NCBI GenBank assembly: GCA_002633005.1
Contig: NMRA01000116.1
Location: forward strand, 841,237 to 905,236
Length of the DNA stretch: 64,000 nucleotides
Direction: 5' to 3'
Origin: Phoronis australis
Taxonomy: Eukaryota > Animalia > Phoronida
Positions 1 through 12,300 of the stretch are shown one piece after another (position 1 is the first letter of the stretch; each line of letters begins with the position of its first letter). The notes under the pieces are model-generated. The model was not told the origin of the DNA. It saw nothing but the letters and a program-made list of their open reading frames with translations, and did no database searches. The position numbers and the translations under genes were made by a program.

Positions 1-831
1 AATTTAAAGGGCTGGTAGCAGTTTTTACTGAGACATGTAAAGGAGTAGTGTTTCTTTTCATGAACTTCCAAATTTATTTCCAGTTCCTGTTTGCAAAAAC
101 ACACAGTGGCCTTGAGAGATATGATATATGCAGAAATCTCCCATGTCCCAAATTTCAGAATCAGGAAGTTCAATTCCAGCTTGGATTTTGGTGTCCCAAG
201 TTTTGGAGACTGTCCCAAATTGTAGAATTTTTACCACTATTTAATAAAATTGAAGCTTGAATGGAGTTAGTTTAAACTATTTCGTTTTCGTTTTTGTCGA
301 AGGTGTAAAGCTGAGAAAAGATCAAAGCAGAAACCAAAATCTATGAATTAAAAAGTCACTGCTTTGTTTTATTTCGGTAAAAACTTTCAATTCTGATTTT
401 TGTGATGACTGTTCTTCAAGGGTTCTCTCACCAGAAATTGCCCTTGTTGATACTGTTGTTCTTACAGTTTTATTTCAAATTTTTGATAAACGAAATGAGT
501 GCTAAGAAAAACTCCATGCAATAAAGATTTAAGTTGTGTTTATTTGTTATTGTATTTTCAAGTCTATCCTTAAAGTCAATTTGGTTAGGAAGTATTAATT
601 TTAAAAATTTTGATAACAAATTTGTTGTTGACAAATTCAAGTTATTGCTATTGATGGACAACATTTTTGACTCTTAAATTCTCTTAAGAATTACTTTACT
701 AGGTGTTGTATTTCGATTGAAGTGTTTTCTTTCAAAATAGGGGATTTTGCCGAGACAGGCATCAGAACTTACAAATTCCAGCTGAACTAATGCTTGAGGA
801 TGTGTTAAAAAATTACACTCATTCTGTTTAG

Positions 832-2110
832 AACCCATGGAAGAAGTTCCTAGGTGCATGTAACCAACTGGATGTTGTCATGAACCAGTGTCTTAAAAAG
901 GAGGTATGTCTTTAACTCAACCCAGTTAAAACTTCACGTCATACACTTACCATTCTTGTGTACAATAGGGCCACCCTGGATTACACAGCGACACTTAAAT
1001 CTTGCTCTATTTACCTACAATGCCGTTAACATCCGCCAGGCCTCGTTTTCACGCCACTGGAGTTTCCCATGTTCTTTGTTGTTGTCTGATTCTTTACAAG
1101 TTTTTCTCGGTTGCATTACTCTATTCATCCTTCCAATTACAATGAAGTATTATCACTGCTGTCGGCCGCAAATCCGACATGAAAAAGTTTGAAGAACTGG
1201 ACACACCCGTCGAAGTGTGATCTGAAATTTTTTGCCTTCTCAACATCAATGAGAGACAAAAAAAGTGTGCCTGATTTCCAAAGTGAGGCCACGTGCTTTC
1301 TTATCACCATGACAATGGAAAGTTCTGTTGCTGTGTAATCTGGGAAGGCCGTGTTGTATTTAATCAACAGATTGGAAATACATAACATCTTGCTCCATGC
1401 TAACAGTTCAAAGCTTACAGGCCAAGTGTCCAAACAAGCCTACTAGTAATATCTGTATTTGTTATTCTATTTGCCTGACCTGTATGTTTTGACTCAGTAC
1501 CCTTTACAAGACCTTGAGGGAGTTTTTTCTCAATTCTTCCTCTTTCTAGTTTTAATAAGGAAGTATTTAACATGTCTATAGTTTTAATTGCAATTTTAAA
1601 ATACTTGGCAGATTGTGCTGTGGAACTGGTAGAACATCACTAATTACCATTTGCCGTACGAATACTATTTGTATGCAACTGCACATGTGCATGTGGTCAC
1701 ATATTGTCATCGTGTCCACGCGTCTGCTCAGTATCTTAAAAACCCCTGTGTACAAGCACTTTTGTGTCAGTTATGACTGTTGCAAATATCTCTTGTGGTT
1801 GTCTAATTGTACCTCTCTTGAACCTGATAAGTATCCCTAGGAACATGCCATTTGCGGTTCACTTGGTTGTAGAACAGTGCTTTGCTTTGCTCTTGTTGTT
1901 CCTTGGGAGTCATTTGGAATTGGAAACAATGTGGATTATGGGAGTTGAATTTATTCAGTATTTAAATGCTAATTTCACTGTCTTGTATTTTAGAGACAAG
2001 CAAAAAGACTGAAGAATAGGGAACCAGATGTTCAAAAGCAAGAGAAAATTAGACAGAGGTTAGAGAAAGAGAAGGCAGAAGAGTCTGCAAGGAAACAGAA
2101 TGCTTGTTAA
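832..2110 (+). CDS. CMC2: COX assembly mitochondrial protein 2 homolog (twin CX9C), last two coding exons: 832-903 and 1994-2110; first coding exon not found in the window
   Basis: Exon 832-903 (tttag|...GAG|gtatgt) reads NPWKKFLGACNQLDVVMNQCLKKE, which contains a CX9C motif and matches the CMC2 pattern KFxGxCNxxDxxxxxCLKxE. It joins in phase 0 to exon 1994-2110 (ttttag|) RQAKRLKNREPDVQKQEKIRQRLEKEKAEESARKQNAC*. Not in the ORF track. Confidence 0.85.
1290..1433 (-). mobile_element. Possible decayed hAT transposase C-terminal (dimerisation domain) fragment in the CMC2 intron
   Basis: Translation ISNLLIKYNTAFPDYTATELS resembles the hAT motif IxKLFIKYNTxLPSSAxVERLFS; short and degenerate. Confidence 0.3.
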
Positions 2111-2216
2111 ACTGGCCAATCAAACGTGAGCTGGAAACAGAGTGCTTGTTAAACTGGCCAATCAAACGTGAGCTGGTAACAGAGTGCTTGTTATACTGGC
2201 CAATCAAATGTGAGCT
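2091..2216 (+). repeat. 3 x 42-bp tandem repeat, each copy containing GGCCAATCA
   Basis: Units at 2091-2132, 2133-2174 and 2175-2216 (ggaaacagagtgcttgttaaactggccaatcaaacgtgagct); the first copy contains the CMC2 stop codon. Confidence 0.95.
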
Positions 2217-2258
2217 GTGATGTTTTTAAAGTGATACCTTTGGATTTGTTTCTTAAAC

Positions 2259-3512
2259 ATGTCTAACGCACAAGCACTACCTTGTATGTTAGATGATCTG
2301 TTTACTGCAATTGGACAGGGAAATGTTGATCTTGTAAAGAAACTCGTAGGGGAAGGAGCAGATATAAACTCCTCAGGAGTGAACGTCCCTCCACTGGTCT
2401 ATGCTGTTCAGTTGGAGCCTGACCATTTGTTGATTATGGACCAGGAAGGGAGATTAGACACACCTTACCACAGCTGTCTGATTGACGGGGATCCCATGAC
2501 AGATTCAGTTATAGACACTCATCCAGTCTCGGACATTGTGAAGTTTCTGTTGAGTCTAGATGGAACTGATGTGAATATTCATGGCACGAATAGTAGGAGT
2601 CCGTTACACACTGCTGTGGAGAACTCTCTGGCTGGGACAGTGAGGGAACTTCTGAAGAAAGGTGCTGATGTTAATGTAAAAGACAAGATGTCAGGGAGGA
2701 CTCCTCTGCATTATGCAGCGAGACAGGGTTGTGCGGCTCTCATCACCTTACTATTAAACCATGGAGCTAGTGTTGATGCTGTGGACGATACTGGTCGCAC
2801 ACCGTTGTATATGGCTGTCACCAACTCTGAGGTGCCCTTCTCCATTATACAGCTGCTACTGCAGTCTGGCAGCTCAGTGAATGTGCTCGACTACAACACT
2901 GGACGAAGCTTGTTACATGAAGCTGTGTATGATGTCAGTGACATTAACACTACCATTCAGATCATCAATTTACTAATGTCAGCTGGCGCTCTGTTTGTCA
3001 CCGATGGTTTTGGCATGAATCCTGTTCACGAATCATTCAAGTGGAATGCTTTCTCTTGTTTGACTGAGTTTGTCAGGCACGGTGCTGAAATCGAAACTCT
3101 TTTGTCTGAGTTTGGTGAGGCCACGCTCTGCGAAATTTTATTGACTAAAATTGCTAATTTATATAGTGCTGGTGTTGACTGTGTAAAGCTTGGTGAACTT
3201 AAGATGCTTTTTCATGTAATAGAGGGAGACGGGTACTCACTGAAGGGAGATAGCTTTGTAAAAAACTTGAAATATGACACCTTCAGTAGCAGTGCTCAAG
3301 ACTGTAGTAAACTTGTGAAGTTTGTTATAGAGCTAAAGAACAGATTTCCCACATTGCAAAACCTTTGCAGACATCAAATTAGGAGTTGTTTGAAAGCTTG
3401 TGCAAACCAACAGCAGTCCATAATACCACTGATTGATTCACTGGAAATTCCTCATAATGTCAAGGAGTATCTGTCCCTGAGTACAAAGTGTTGTACGGAG
3501 GAAAGCCTATGA
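2259..3512 (+). CDS. Ankyrin repeat and SOCS box protein (ASB-like), intronless, 417 aa
   Basis: Multiple ankyrin repeats (SPLHTAV, GRTPLHYAA, GRTPLYMAV, GRSLLHEAV) and a C-terminal SOCS box (PTLQNLCRHQIR...IDSLEIPHNVKEYL). A at -3 of the ATG; AATAAA downstream at 3718. Confidence 0.92.
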   Translation: MSNAQALPCMLDDLFTAIGQGNVDLVKKLVGEGADINSSGVNVPPLVYAVQLEPDHLLIMDQEGRLDTPYHSCLIDGDPMTDSVIDTHPVSDIVKFLLSLDGTDVNIHGTNSRSPLHTAVENSLAGTVRELLKKGADVNVKDKMSGRTPLHYAARQGCAALITLLLNHGASVDAVDDTGRTPLYMAVTNSEVPFSIIQLLLQSGSSVNVLDYNTGRSLLHEAVYDVSDINTTIQIINLLMSAGALFVTDGFGMNPVHESFKWNAFSCLTEFVRHGAEIETLLSEFGEATLCEILLTKIANLYSAGVDCVKLGELKMLFHVIEGDGYSLKGDSFVKNLKYDTFSSSAQDCSKLVKFVIELKNRFPTLQNLCRHQIRSCLKACANQQQSIIPLIDSLEIPHNVKEYLSLSTKCCTEESL

Positions 3513-3717
3513 CGTCCCCTGTAACTGCTGTTGTATGATACTTTTGGTCTCCTTCATAACTGGGATGATAATAGCAGATGAAACCACTCTGATTTTATTA
3601 GTCACGTGGATAAAACTGTAATGTTCTTACATTTGCAGAATTGTGTGAGGTGGACTTGTAGAATCTTCAGGTCATTTGATTATCCGGCATTACCCAGACA
3701 TGATCAGATTTATGCTT

Positions 3718-3723
3718 AATAAA
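3718..3723 (+). terminator. Polyadenylation signal AATAAA
   Basis: AATAAA about 200 nt after the ASB stop, followed by T/GT-rich sequence. Confidence 0.6.
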
Positions 3724-4651
3724 GTTCCCTGTATACCTGATCATGCAGCGATTCCTTTCATTTGTATTCAGTGCATTGCTTTTACATGGACATTTTTAGC
3801 ACAAGCACTTGTTGTCAGAAAAAGGTTCCTGCTGACGCATTAGTTATCATGCTTGTTGAGTTCTTGAATGCTCCCCAAATGAAAGGATACTTTGCTTATT
3901 GGGCACTGGGGATTTCCTGTTAAATAGATCTTTCTTTTTGAACATCACTGCAACTGCAGGATAGTGTGCATGAGTACGGTAGGGTAACCAGTATTTTCTG
4001 TCACAAACAAATTTCACAGATGGGTTTGGTATTATTGTATGGGAAGATTGTCCAGAAAAATCACTTGGGGTAGCAATTGTTTAATACAAAAGCGTAATTC
4101 AATGGAATATTCAGGGATGCTCTTCCAAAAGGACCCTGAACCCTCTTTTAGGGATTTCAACCAATTATCGTTTTGTCACCTGCTAAATGCATCTTTGGCA
4201 TCCCACTTGAGTGAAATAAACAATATTCAACTAAAAGCACCACTATATTCACTGTCATAGATTGGATACTGTGATTTTGATGGGCGTGGTCTTCCCATAT
4301 AGTCGTGTAACTCTGGTAAACTGTAGGTCACGTGTGCCTTGGTAAGGAGTTTTCAAATAATAATTGTAACAATGATTACTTAATTTGAACAAGAGGCTAC
4401 GACCTACATGTACAGTTCACAAAAGTATGTACAAACTTTACACATGACTGTACACAGCCATTAAGGATTTAATATTTTGTTTATGACCATAGTTGCTTTT
4501 TTATCTACTTTGAAATTTTTTAAAAGTGTTTGCTGTTATCGAGTTAAAAAGAGACCTGTTATCGTGGCGACATGGTATGAATACATGTATATTTCTTAAA
4601 TCTACCAGCACTGGACAACCTCACATGAAACGCTCTTCTGCCTCACTCTCT

Positions 4652-4750
4652 CCTGCAGTTTTCAAATGTTACTCCGAACTTTTGAGGGTACTCGAGGGTT
4701 AAATAACCCTTGAGTGCCCTCGAAAGTTCGTAACATTTGAAAACTCCAGG
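4652..4750. repeat. ~100-bp imperfect palindrome (hairpin, MITE-like)
   Basis: cctgcagttttcaaatgttac...gagggtta / taaccct...gtaacatttgaaaactccagg are reverse complements around a very short loop. Confidence 0.85.
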
Positions 4751-5213
4751 TTTGCATGAGGAAGTTGATTCTAATATCTGTCATTAGGTCAAAAACGGAT
4801 TTGATATCCTTTTAACAGTGGGATACTTTTTTGAAGCAATATTGCGACTGATTTTTTATTTTTATTTCACGAGAATAGGTAAATATACGACAATTCTGTA
4901 CAGAAATTGAAATTAATATTTTATCTGGGCGTCAGATAAACATTGTAAAAATTAATTACCATGCAAGTTTGACGTCTGATCATGTGGGACCGGAAAATAG
5001 AGGTCAAGGAGGCAATTCCGCTCTTGCTTAAAAAGCAGCGCGTTTAATGACACACTGTAAAAGGGCCTCTTAACTAAGTCAGACGATTTCCCTGGGTCCC
5101 CGCTGCCACGAAAAAATATCTCCTGGTAGAGCTTGGTGGCGACAAGTCACCACCGAGTCCCACGAGATTTTTTAAGATATTTATTGCAAGAGACTAATTG
5201 GACTTAAGTCCAG

Positions 5214-5464
5214 GGGTGAGTTTCATGAAAGTGACTTAAGACAGAAATTTGGTCTTGCTCAGGCTCTCACTTAACAATTAGTGAATAAAGATTTGCTCAT
5301 CATGGTCTAGGGATAATTTACAGAAATTAGCTCAGTAGCTAGCAGTTATGTGTATATTCTCAGGCTGTACTTTTGTTCAAGTGATATTTGATTATTTTTC
5401 ATAAATAGTTTATGGAGCACAAGACTTCTGTCGTGACTTAAGTCACTTTTCTTGAAACAGACTC
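5214..5464. mobile_element. Non-autonomous PIF/Harbinger-type MITE
   Basis: Imperfect TIRs gggtgagtttcatgaaagtgacttaag / cttaagtcacttttcttgaaacagactc, flanked by CAG on both sides (CWG-type TSD). Similar cttaag-rich ends occur beside the Harbinger transposase at 26.1 kb. Confidence 0.55.
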
Positions 5465-6369
5465 CAGAAGGTGCAATGAAGTACAACTCACGTGATCATA
5501 CCTCATTTCTTCCTAAAGTCTCCCAGGCCTCTCAACCCTGCGGTATCCTTGAAATTTTGCAGAAATGCTCTTATCAAGTATGGGAGACCACGGATTCTAC
5601 TAACTTGCTCTATGGTCATTTTGTCTAGGCTCTGATCTCCGCCGGCCTTAAGTTGAGGGTACCATTAGTCAGGACTGGCACCGAAACGTGTGTGTCAAAC
5701 GTTATTGCGTAGGCTACTTAATGCACTGGTAAGAAATGCGGTAGTGCCGGCTGCGGAGAACGTTCATTTTTGTTTTTATTGTGATATTTTCGGCTCAAAT
5801 TGTTGACGAAAAAGGAATATAAAACTCGAGATATCAACGACAGTGCTTTGGTCGCTAAAGTCGACCACTGTATTCGCCAAAGTTGGGACTTCTTACATAG
5901 TTCAAAGCTAAGGTGAAAAGGGCGATAAATCTGTGACCAAACAGGCTATAAGCTATCTGCGCTGGATCATGATCACGCAAAAGGACACGGAGATAAAGCT
6001 GTATATCTCAAAACCTGTTCGATCAGCTGGGAGAGTACAATAACTGACGTGGATTTCGGGATGGCTGCTGTGGAGTACTCTAGTGGCAATTTTATATTTC
6101 TTTGCGTATACATCTCATGTTGAATTTGTATCAATTGCGAAACAATATGTCAAATGGAGTTTCTAGTATCGCTTTAGTTGTGACCGCTCCTTAATTTTCT
6201 TTGCCAGCGTAGTGCTTTTGGCTTGGTCAAAAGACATAGCTCGACGTTATTAGTTCAAAATGATGGGCGTAAAGCAAACATATTATTTTCGGAATGTCTT
6301 TAATTGTCGATGTATTGTCGTAAATAGTTTGTCTTGTTACAAGTATTTGTTAACAGGCGGCACTAGCCG

Positions 6370-9300
6370 TCACATGTAAACAACAGTATCATACTGCCGG
6401 TGAGGCGTGTCCAACTGGCTGGGAATCGTAAAGGAACTTGTTGAGTCGTTCAACTCCCGACATGGAGCCCCACTGGCTCCAGTATCAGTTGAAGCACCAG
6501 TCAACTTCCTTGTCGTGTAGGAGTACTTGGATGACCTTGAACACTTTGATTTCTCAACGGCAGGGTGGTGCTCTGCAGACCTATTCCCTCGTTGGGATGA
6601 ATGAGCACCTGTTGTGGTTTCTGTAGACCCAGGGCTGCTTACCATCGTATCATTTGCTTTGCTGTCTGGGTCACTTTGCGTTTTGGAAGCAGATTCTTTC
6701 ACGCTTAATTCATCAGTAATCATGGGCGTCGTATTTCCTGTTGAATGCTTCATTGTGTTATCAGAGGATTTAATTGGCGTGATGGACGTGGACCTTGAAG
6801 GGTTGCTACTACCGCAAACACTTCTGGTGGTGTCTGATATCTCCGAGCGGGTGTGCGCTGTGGACAACACGACGCTCGCGTCAGTGTTGCCGTATTTTGA
6901 CGAACCGTCATCGTCCTCGTCATCGTTGTCGCTTGAACTTACTTGAACTGACATACTGGATATCGAGTAGTTACTTAAGGACGAATCATCCTCCTCCTCG
7001 CCACTGTCACTTGTGCTGCTGTCGTCGAGACCTTTTTGTGTGCTAACAGCCGGAAGATCGCCACCGTTACTAATCTGATCTGCTGAGCCAATGTCACTGC
7101 CTGCTGTCTTATCAACGTGATAATCGTCACCCATTGTGGTATTACCTTCGTGGTCAGTGCCGCTGACGGTATAATGGACAAGCTCTTCATGTTTGGAATG
7201 CGAAATGTCGGAATTAGGCTGCGCAACCAACTTGACTTCGTTATCAATTACCGTTTCTTCCTTTTTATCAGACCTTGTTTCATTGAAACGGGCGAAGGAT
7301 TGACTTTTAATTGTTTCAAGAGATAACATTTCCGCCGAGGTTGTCTGCACACATTTGTCTTCCGTAGATGCCCGACTCTCTGTTTGAACGGAGCTCTCGA
7401 CACTTTCTTCCACAATGGTCGGCAAATTAGCTAAAGGTGACGTTGGTTTGCTACTTTCCAGACACTCCTCTTGGTGGAACAAACTTTTTGCTATTGTTCC
7501 TAAGGAAATGTCGGCAGCAGATGTGTCACCTGATTGGTGGGTGCACGACTGAAGGACCACTGTGCTCTTTATTGGACTGACGCTGCTGCTTAAGCAGTCT
7601 CCTTCGCCGTGTCGCATGTTTGCGAGGAATGCAGTAGGCGAATCGCCTTCGGAGCCCCATATTTTGTACTTGTCGCCAGATCCGAAACAGCGCCTCAGCT
7701 CTGTAGAGGATTCGTGCATTTGTATTATGTATCGCAGACGGCTCAGCTCATTTTCGAACTTTGACTTCTCTCGCCTATCTTCTAATTTGAGTAACTCTAG
7801 CTCAGCAATCTGAAATACAAGCATCAAAAACTTTAACACTAGATGGGCCACCTCTTCTTGGAAAGAATAATGTATGATGAATTTTGAGGAATATTAAAGG
7901 GATACTAAATCCTGTCATGTTGATTTCTGTCTATACCAATCTTGTCACGTGGTATTAAACGATTAGCATCTGTACTGCGGTATAGAAAGCTCCATCACGA
8001 ACTTCGTTGACCGTCACAAAATATACCCAAAAATAGACCCAGTTGATCGAGGTAGACGATATTTCCACACCGCGGTCGACTTACTCCCTTAAAACATTAT
8101 CCACGCTTGCTTAGCAAACTTGACTATGCGTTCAATTATTAACAAATATTAACTCCCGCTAGAAGCTTTGTCAGTAACAAGATAAATGGTCTGCAATCCT
8201 CATCAATATTCAAAAGTTGGGAGCAAGTTTGAAAACTCTTTGTAAATTAGCTTTCAAAATCGATTGTCTTTGTCCCACTGCCTACCAAAATGCTGAACTT
8301 GTATCTGCCCTGTATTCCAATGCTTGAATTTTATGTTTTATGGATGACTAAGAGTACCCCTTTTCACCGAGAAGAGTCGATCACATCTCTGTCAATCAAT
8401 TCTTAGTTTATTTTTGTTGAGTTGTACCTTTATTTCCAGTTGTCGAATTTGATCTTCTGCGTCAAGGTTCTTCAGCACGTCCTCAAATGCAACATTCAAC
8501 TCATCGAGTTTACCTTAAAGATAAAAAACACAAGATTAATCCTTAAAGGATTTTAAAAAGATATAAAATCTTAAAAGGCTTACAGGGTACTGAACTGATG
8601 TCTTTATTTAGAACCGTTAGCCTGTGTGGTCAGATTACATATTTGCTACTTATAAACAATTATAAAACTCCATATCGCTTACAGAACTATTTACTTTCTA
8701 ACTACTATTTAAACCACATATTATAGCACCATAGCAGCAGTGTCAGACCCACAGCCGATTTAGCACTTTGTGGTTATAAGGCCAGGACTAACCTCACCGA
8801 TAAAAGGTGGTCCACCCGCTCAAACCCGTTCTAAACGCCGTAACACCATTCAAGAGTGTATTAAATGCAAGCCGTTACATGCTTGCAGCTCAATGTAATA
8901 TATTAATACAATATATACACTATAACACTCTTTAACGAGTCCTATACGCGTGTTACAGTGCGCTCCAGGATCAAGTCGATGTTTACTCTTGTTGCCAAGA
9001 TTTTCGCTTAAATTCAGCTTCGAGACTAGCGGCAATCTGTATTTATGATCGACATATGTCCCGAAAAATAGATAAGGAGATATAAGGTCATTTATTATGA
9101 CTAGTACAATTACAATAAAATGAATACAGGTAAATAAGTATAACAGGTAATCTCTGGTAAGATGGGCAATAAAAAGCGCCGGCCGCGTGGAAGTACGAGA
9201 GAATGACGAAAACTGGGAGGAAGAGGGTGGGAAAATTGAATGAGTTTTTGACGTACGACAATGTGGCCGGAACAAAGTGAATTGAAAGCGAGGTTACAAT

Positions 9301-12300
9301 AACAAAGTAAAACGCCCCTAAAGACACGAGACAATCATCAGCCTATAAGAGCCAAGAGCTGACCAAACTCGAGGCACGTGATAACAACAGACCAATGCGA
9401 AGGCTGGAAAAACGTCGTGTAGTCCTGCACGAGGGAATAATGGAATAGACCAAGATGAGGGGGAAAAGGAGTAAGGAGAGTCCATATGCTCACATAAATA
9501 TATTTAACGAGTGAAATACCATTTCGCGCTGAATTTACAAAACGGCAGTCTCAGATGAAAGTACCGCTATCCCAGAACTCTTAGGTCTCGCGACTTCACA
9601 CTTGTTCTAGTTGCTCAAGAAAAGGCCGTCTCATTGTGGGCACTGTAACACGCATGTTGGACTCGTTGAAGAGTGTTACGGTGTATAATGTATTGTAGTA
9701 ATATATTACATTGAGCTGCAAGCATGTAACGGCTTGCATTTAATAAAAGACTCTTGAATGGTGTTACGGAGTTTGGAACATAGTACTCAGTGAAGGTTTA
9801 AACGGACGCCTTTGTAAGTAAAATATTATAGTGAATGACATCTACATGATAAGAAGTTAAAATCATCACAAATGTCGATTTTAATGATACTGGAATACCG
9901 GAGTAACAAAAGGCAATAAAGTTCGGATCCCAGTCAAAAGGTAATGTGTAAGTGTAACTCAGATGCCTCTTTCACGCTCGGTAGCGGCTAAAACGTCCAT
10001 AAGCAAGACGGTCGTAACGTGGCTGTGACTAAGCGTGCAACCGGAGACAAAATCGACACTCGGAATCCTACGTCGCACTATCAAAATCCGATATCTACGT
10101 ACCTTTGTTTTTAATCTTCAGTATCGCTTCTACCCATCGACGTCGCTCTCGAGTCATTTGTTCGTTCTTTTTGTGTAATCGGCGCATAGTCTCGTTGCAG
10201 TACCAACGTTCTTTAATGGTAGTATACTATTAAATACAACCCAGCACTAGATATGTGATTTTTCATATTCAGGCAAGGTAGCTATGTAAACAAAAACAAA
10301 CGTTTGATTTAGATCGGTTGTCATTGCGTAATTGTTCTTTAGTTGAAGTGGAGATGATTTTTGAGTTTCGAAAGGTCTGACAGTGGTAACGAGTGATAAA
10401 ATCCATCGATTTGCTAAGTGGAGTTTTGCAATTAAATCGATCAATGGGACTACTTGCAAATCACCGTGATTCACTCTCGCAACAACTTTCTTGTTTTTGG
10501 TTAATAACTTCTCATTGGGGGTTTGAAAGTGACCGATTCCCATCCTATGTCAGAACTTGATGCTCTTTGTAGTCGTTCTCGTCCACTTTCTTTTCCATGC
10601 CTGAATGTATTTGTAATTTTTTGCTGTGGGTCTGGACCTTCATAATCACTACATTTTAGTTTGATTTTCCCATATTTGTTTTGTTTACCTACCTCCGCAG
10701 CTCGCTTCCTTTCTCTACTGATTATCATGTCGTCTCGTAAACACTGCAGTTTATGGTCTTGTTCCGATATCTTCGTTTCCAGATCATCTAGATGGCACAA
10801 AAACAGATACATGTAATGTGTCACCGGCGAACCTTCTTGGGGAGATAAATCCGTAGTCAGATCCATTAAAATGGGACGATTTGCAGAAACATGGTATTAC
10901 AGATATCTCTGGCAACGATTCTCAAAGAATGGATGAATGATATGTTTATATCTGATGTTGGTAGAATGTCCAATAATATTCAACGTACTTTCACAGGGCA
11001 CACTTAAAGGGACATTTAACGGCCGAAAAACGCATTTTGGATTGACTTTTAAGTCATTACCTGTGACCAGAATTATAAAACAATAAAATCCGTAACTTTT
11101 TGGAATTTTATCACGGTGATAATTGGCGGTTTGTGATTTTTATCAGTCACAAATGGCGCCAATTATCACCACTGCAGGCCACGCACTTCGCTTAATCCAA
11201 GGCCGGTTACTTACCAGTCATATGCTTTAATTAAAATTAATTTACATTCATCGATTGAGGAGTAGTTCAGCTAACAAGTCCGTTTTTTTGCGAAAGGGGA
11301 GGTTTCCGGTTCGAATCCGTGTCACTTTTCGGTAGGCTTTGTTTTCATGTAATCCTATCGAAAGGTTGTAATCAAAATACCGTTGAATCTAGAGCATAGT
11401 GTATCGTCACAGCCCCAGAAAGTTCCACAATAGACCTAATTCACGCGGCAGACATTAAAATCCAAAGAGAGGCTCACTGCGATACTCAACAAAGCGCAAG
11501 TTGACATTGTGTGAGTTAAATGGCTGGTCTTTCGAGTCCAATCTGGGTATTAAATCTTAGAAATGTATAGATAATTAACCACAGAGACGTAGAAAAATAC
11601 ATTAGAGAACAAGTCAATGCACCAAAGAGTTGTCTGACGAAAGGCTATAAGTTTTTTCGGAAAACTAGGTTCGAAAAATGAAAAGTAAATATGACCTAAT
11701 TGCGGCAATCGTATAACAGATTAAGTATTATGGCGTTTCTTCTTGTAAATTGTTGATAAAATGCCTTCTACACGAACCAGGTCATCTGCTCGTATTTTTG
11801 ATGAGTTGAAGATATATTCGACAGTGGTGGCTCGTCGCATTTTGCTCTCATGAGTGTGCAAGTCACATCTGGTTTAATTTGTTGATCAAGAATATTAACA
11901 TCAAGCATAGCCTACTGTAGGTCATCCTGGTAGTGAATTAGGGACTGCCGGGACTAACAGTTGATTTGCCATTGATCTGCAAGGATAATTGATGTTATTA
12001 AATATATTTCATTAAAATAAATAATCAGGTTCGTAATTGAATATAAAAATTATTTGACCACCAATTCTGCTTTCTTGGTTTTAATAATTCTTACATTTAT
12101 TTCATGTATTAGGTTTCAAATATCAATCTGGACCAAGTTGAATTTTAAAATCAAAAAACCTTATTTGTCCGTCCAACGCATAATCTCGTCTTAGAGCTCA
12201 ATTTCAGGACTCATTGGTGGAAATTTGTCGCCGAGTGCGGAGGGAGAAAATCTACCTCACGATCACCATCATTAGCACTCCCGCCCTGTTGCAAGCTCTC

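Noticed and set aside
1994-2110. Exon first considered as a PET117-like C-terminus
   Set aside because: The upstream exon 832-903 carries the CMC2-type CX9C motif and splices to it in frame.
2091-2216. Direct repeats as a CRISPR array
   Set aside because: Contiguous tandem units with no unique spacers, no cas genes, and a eukaryotic context.
6438-7813. Several ORFs overlapping the large gene C exon (opposite strand or alternative frame)
   Set aside because: Shadow ORFs of a long low-complexity exon; no motifs or splice support.
11258-11325. tRNA gene
   Set aside because: Only the B box/T arm is convincing; no complete cloverleaf.
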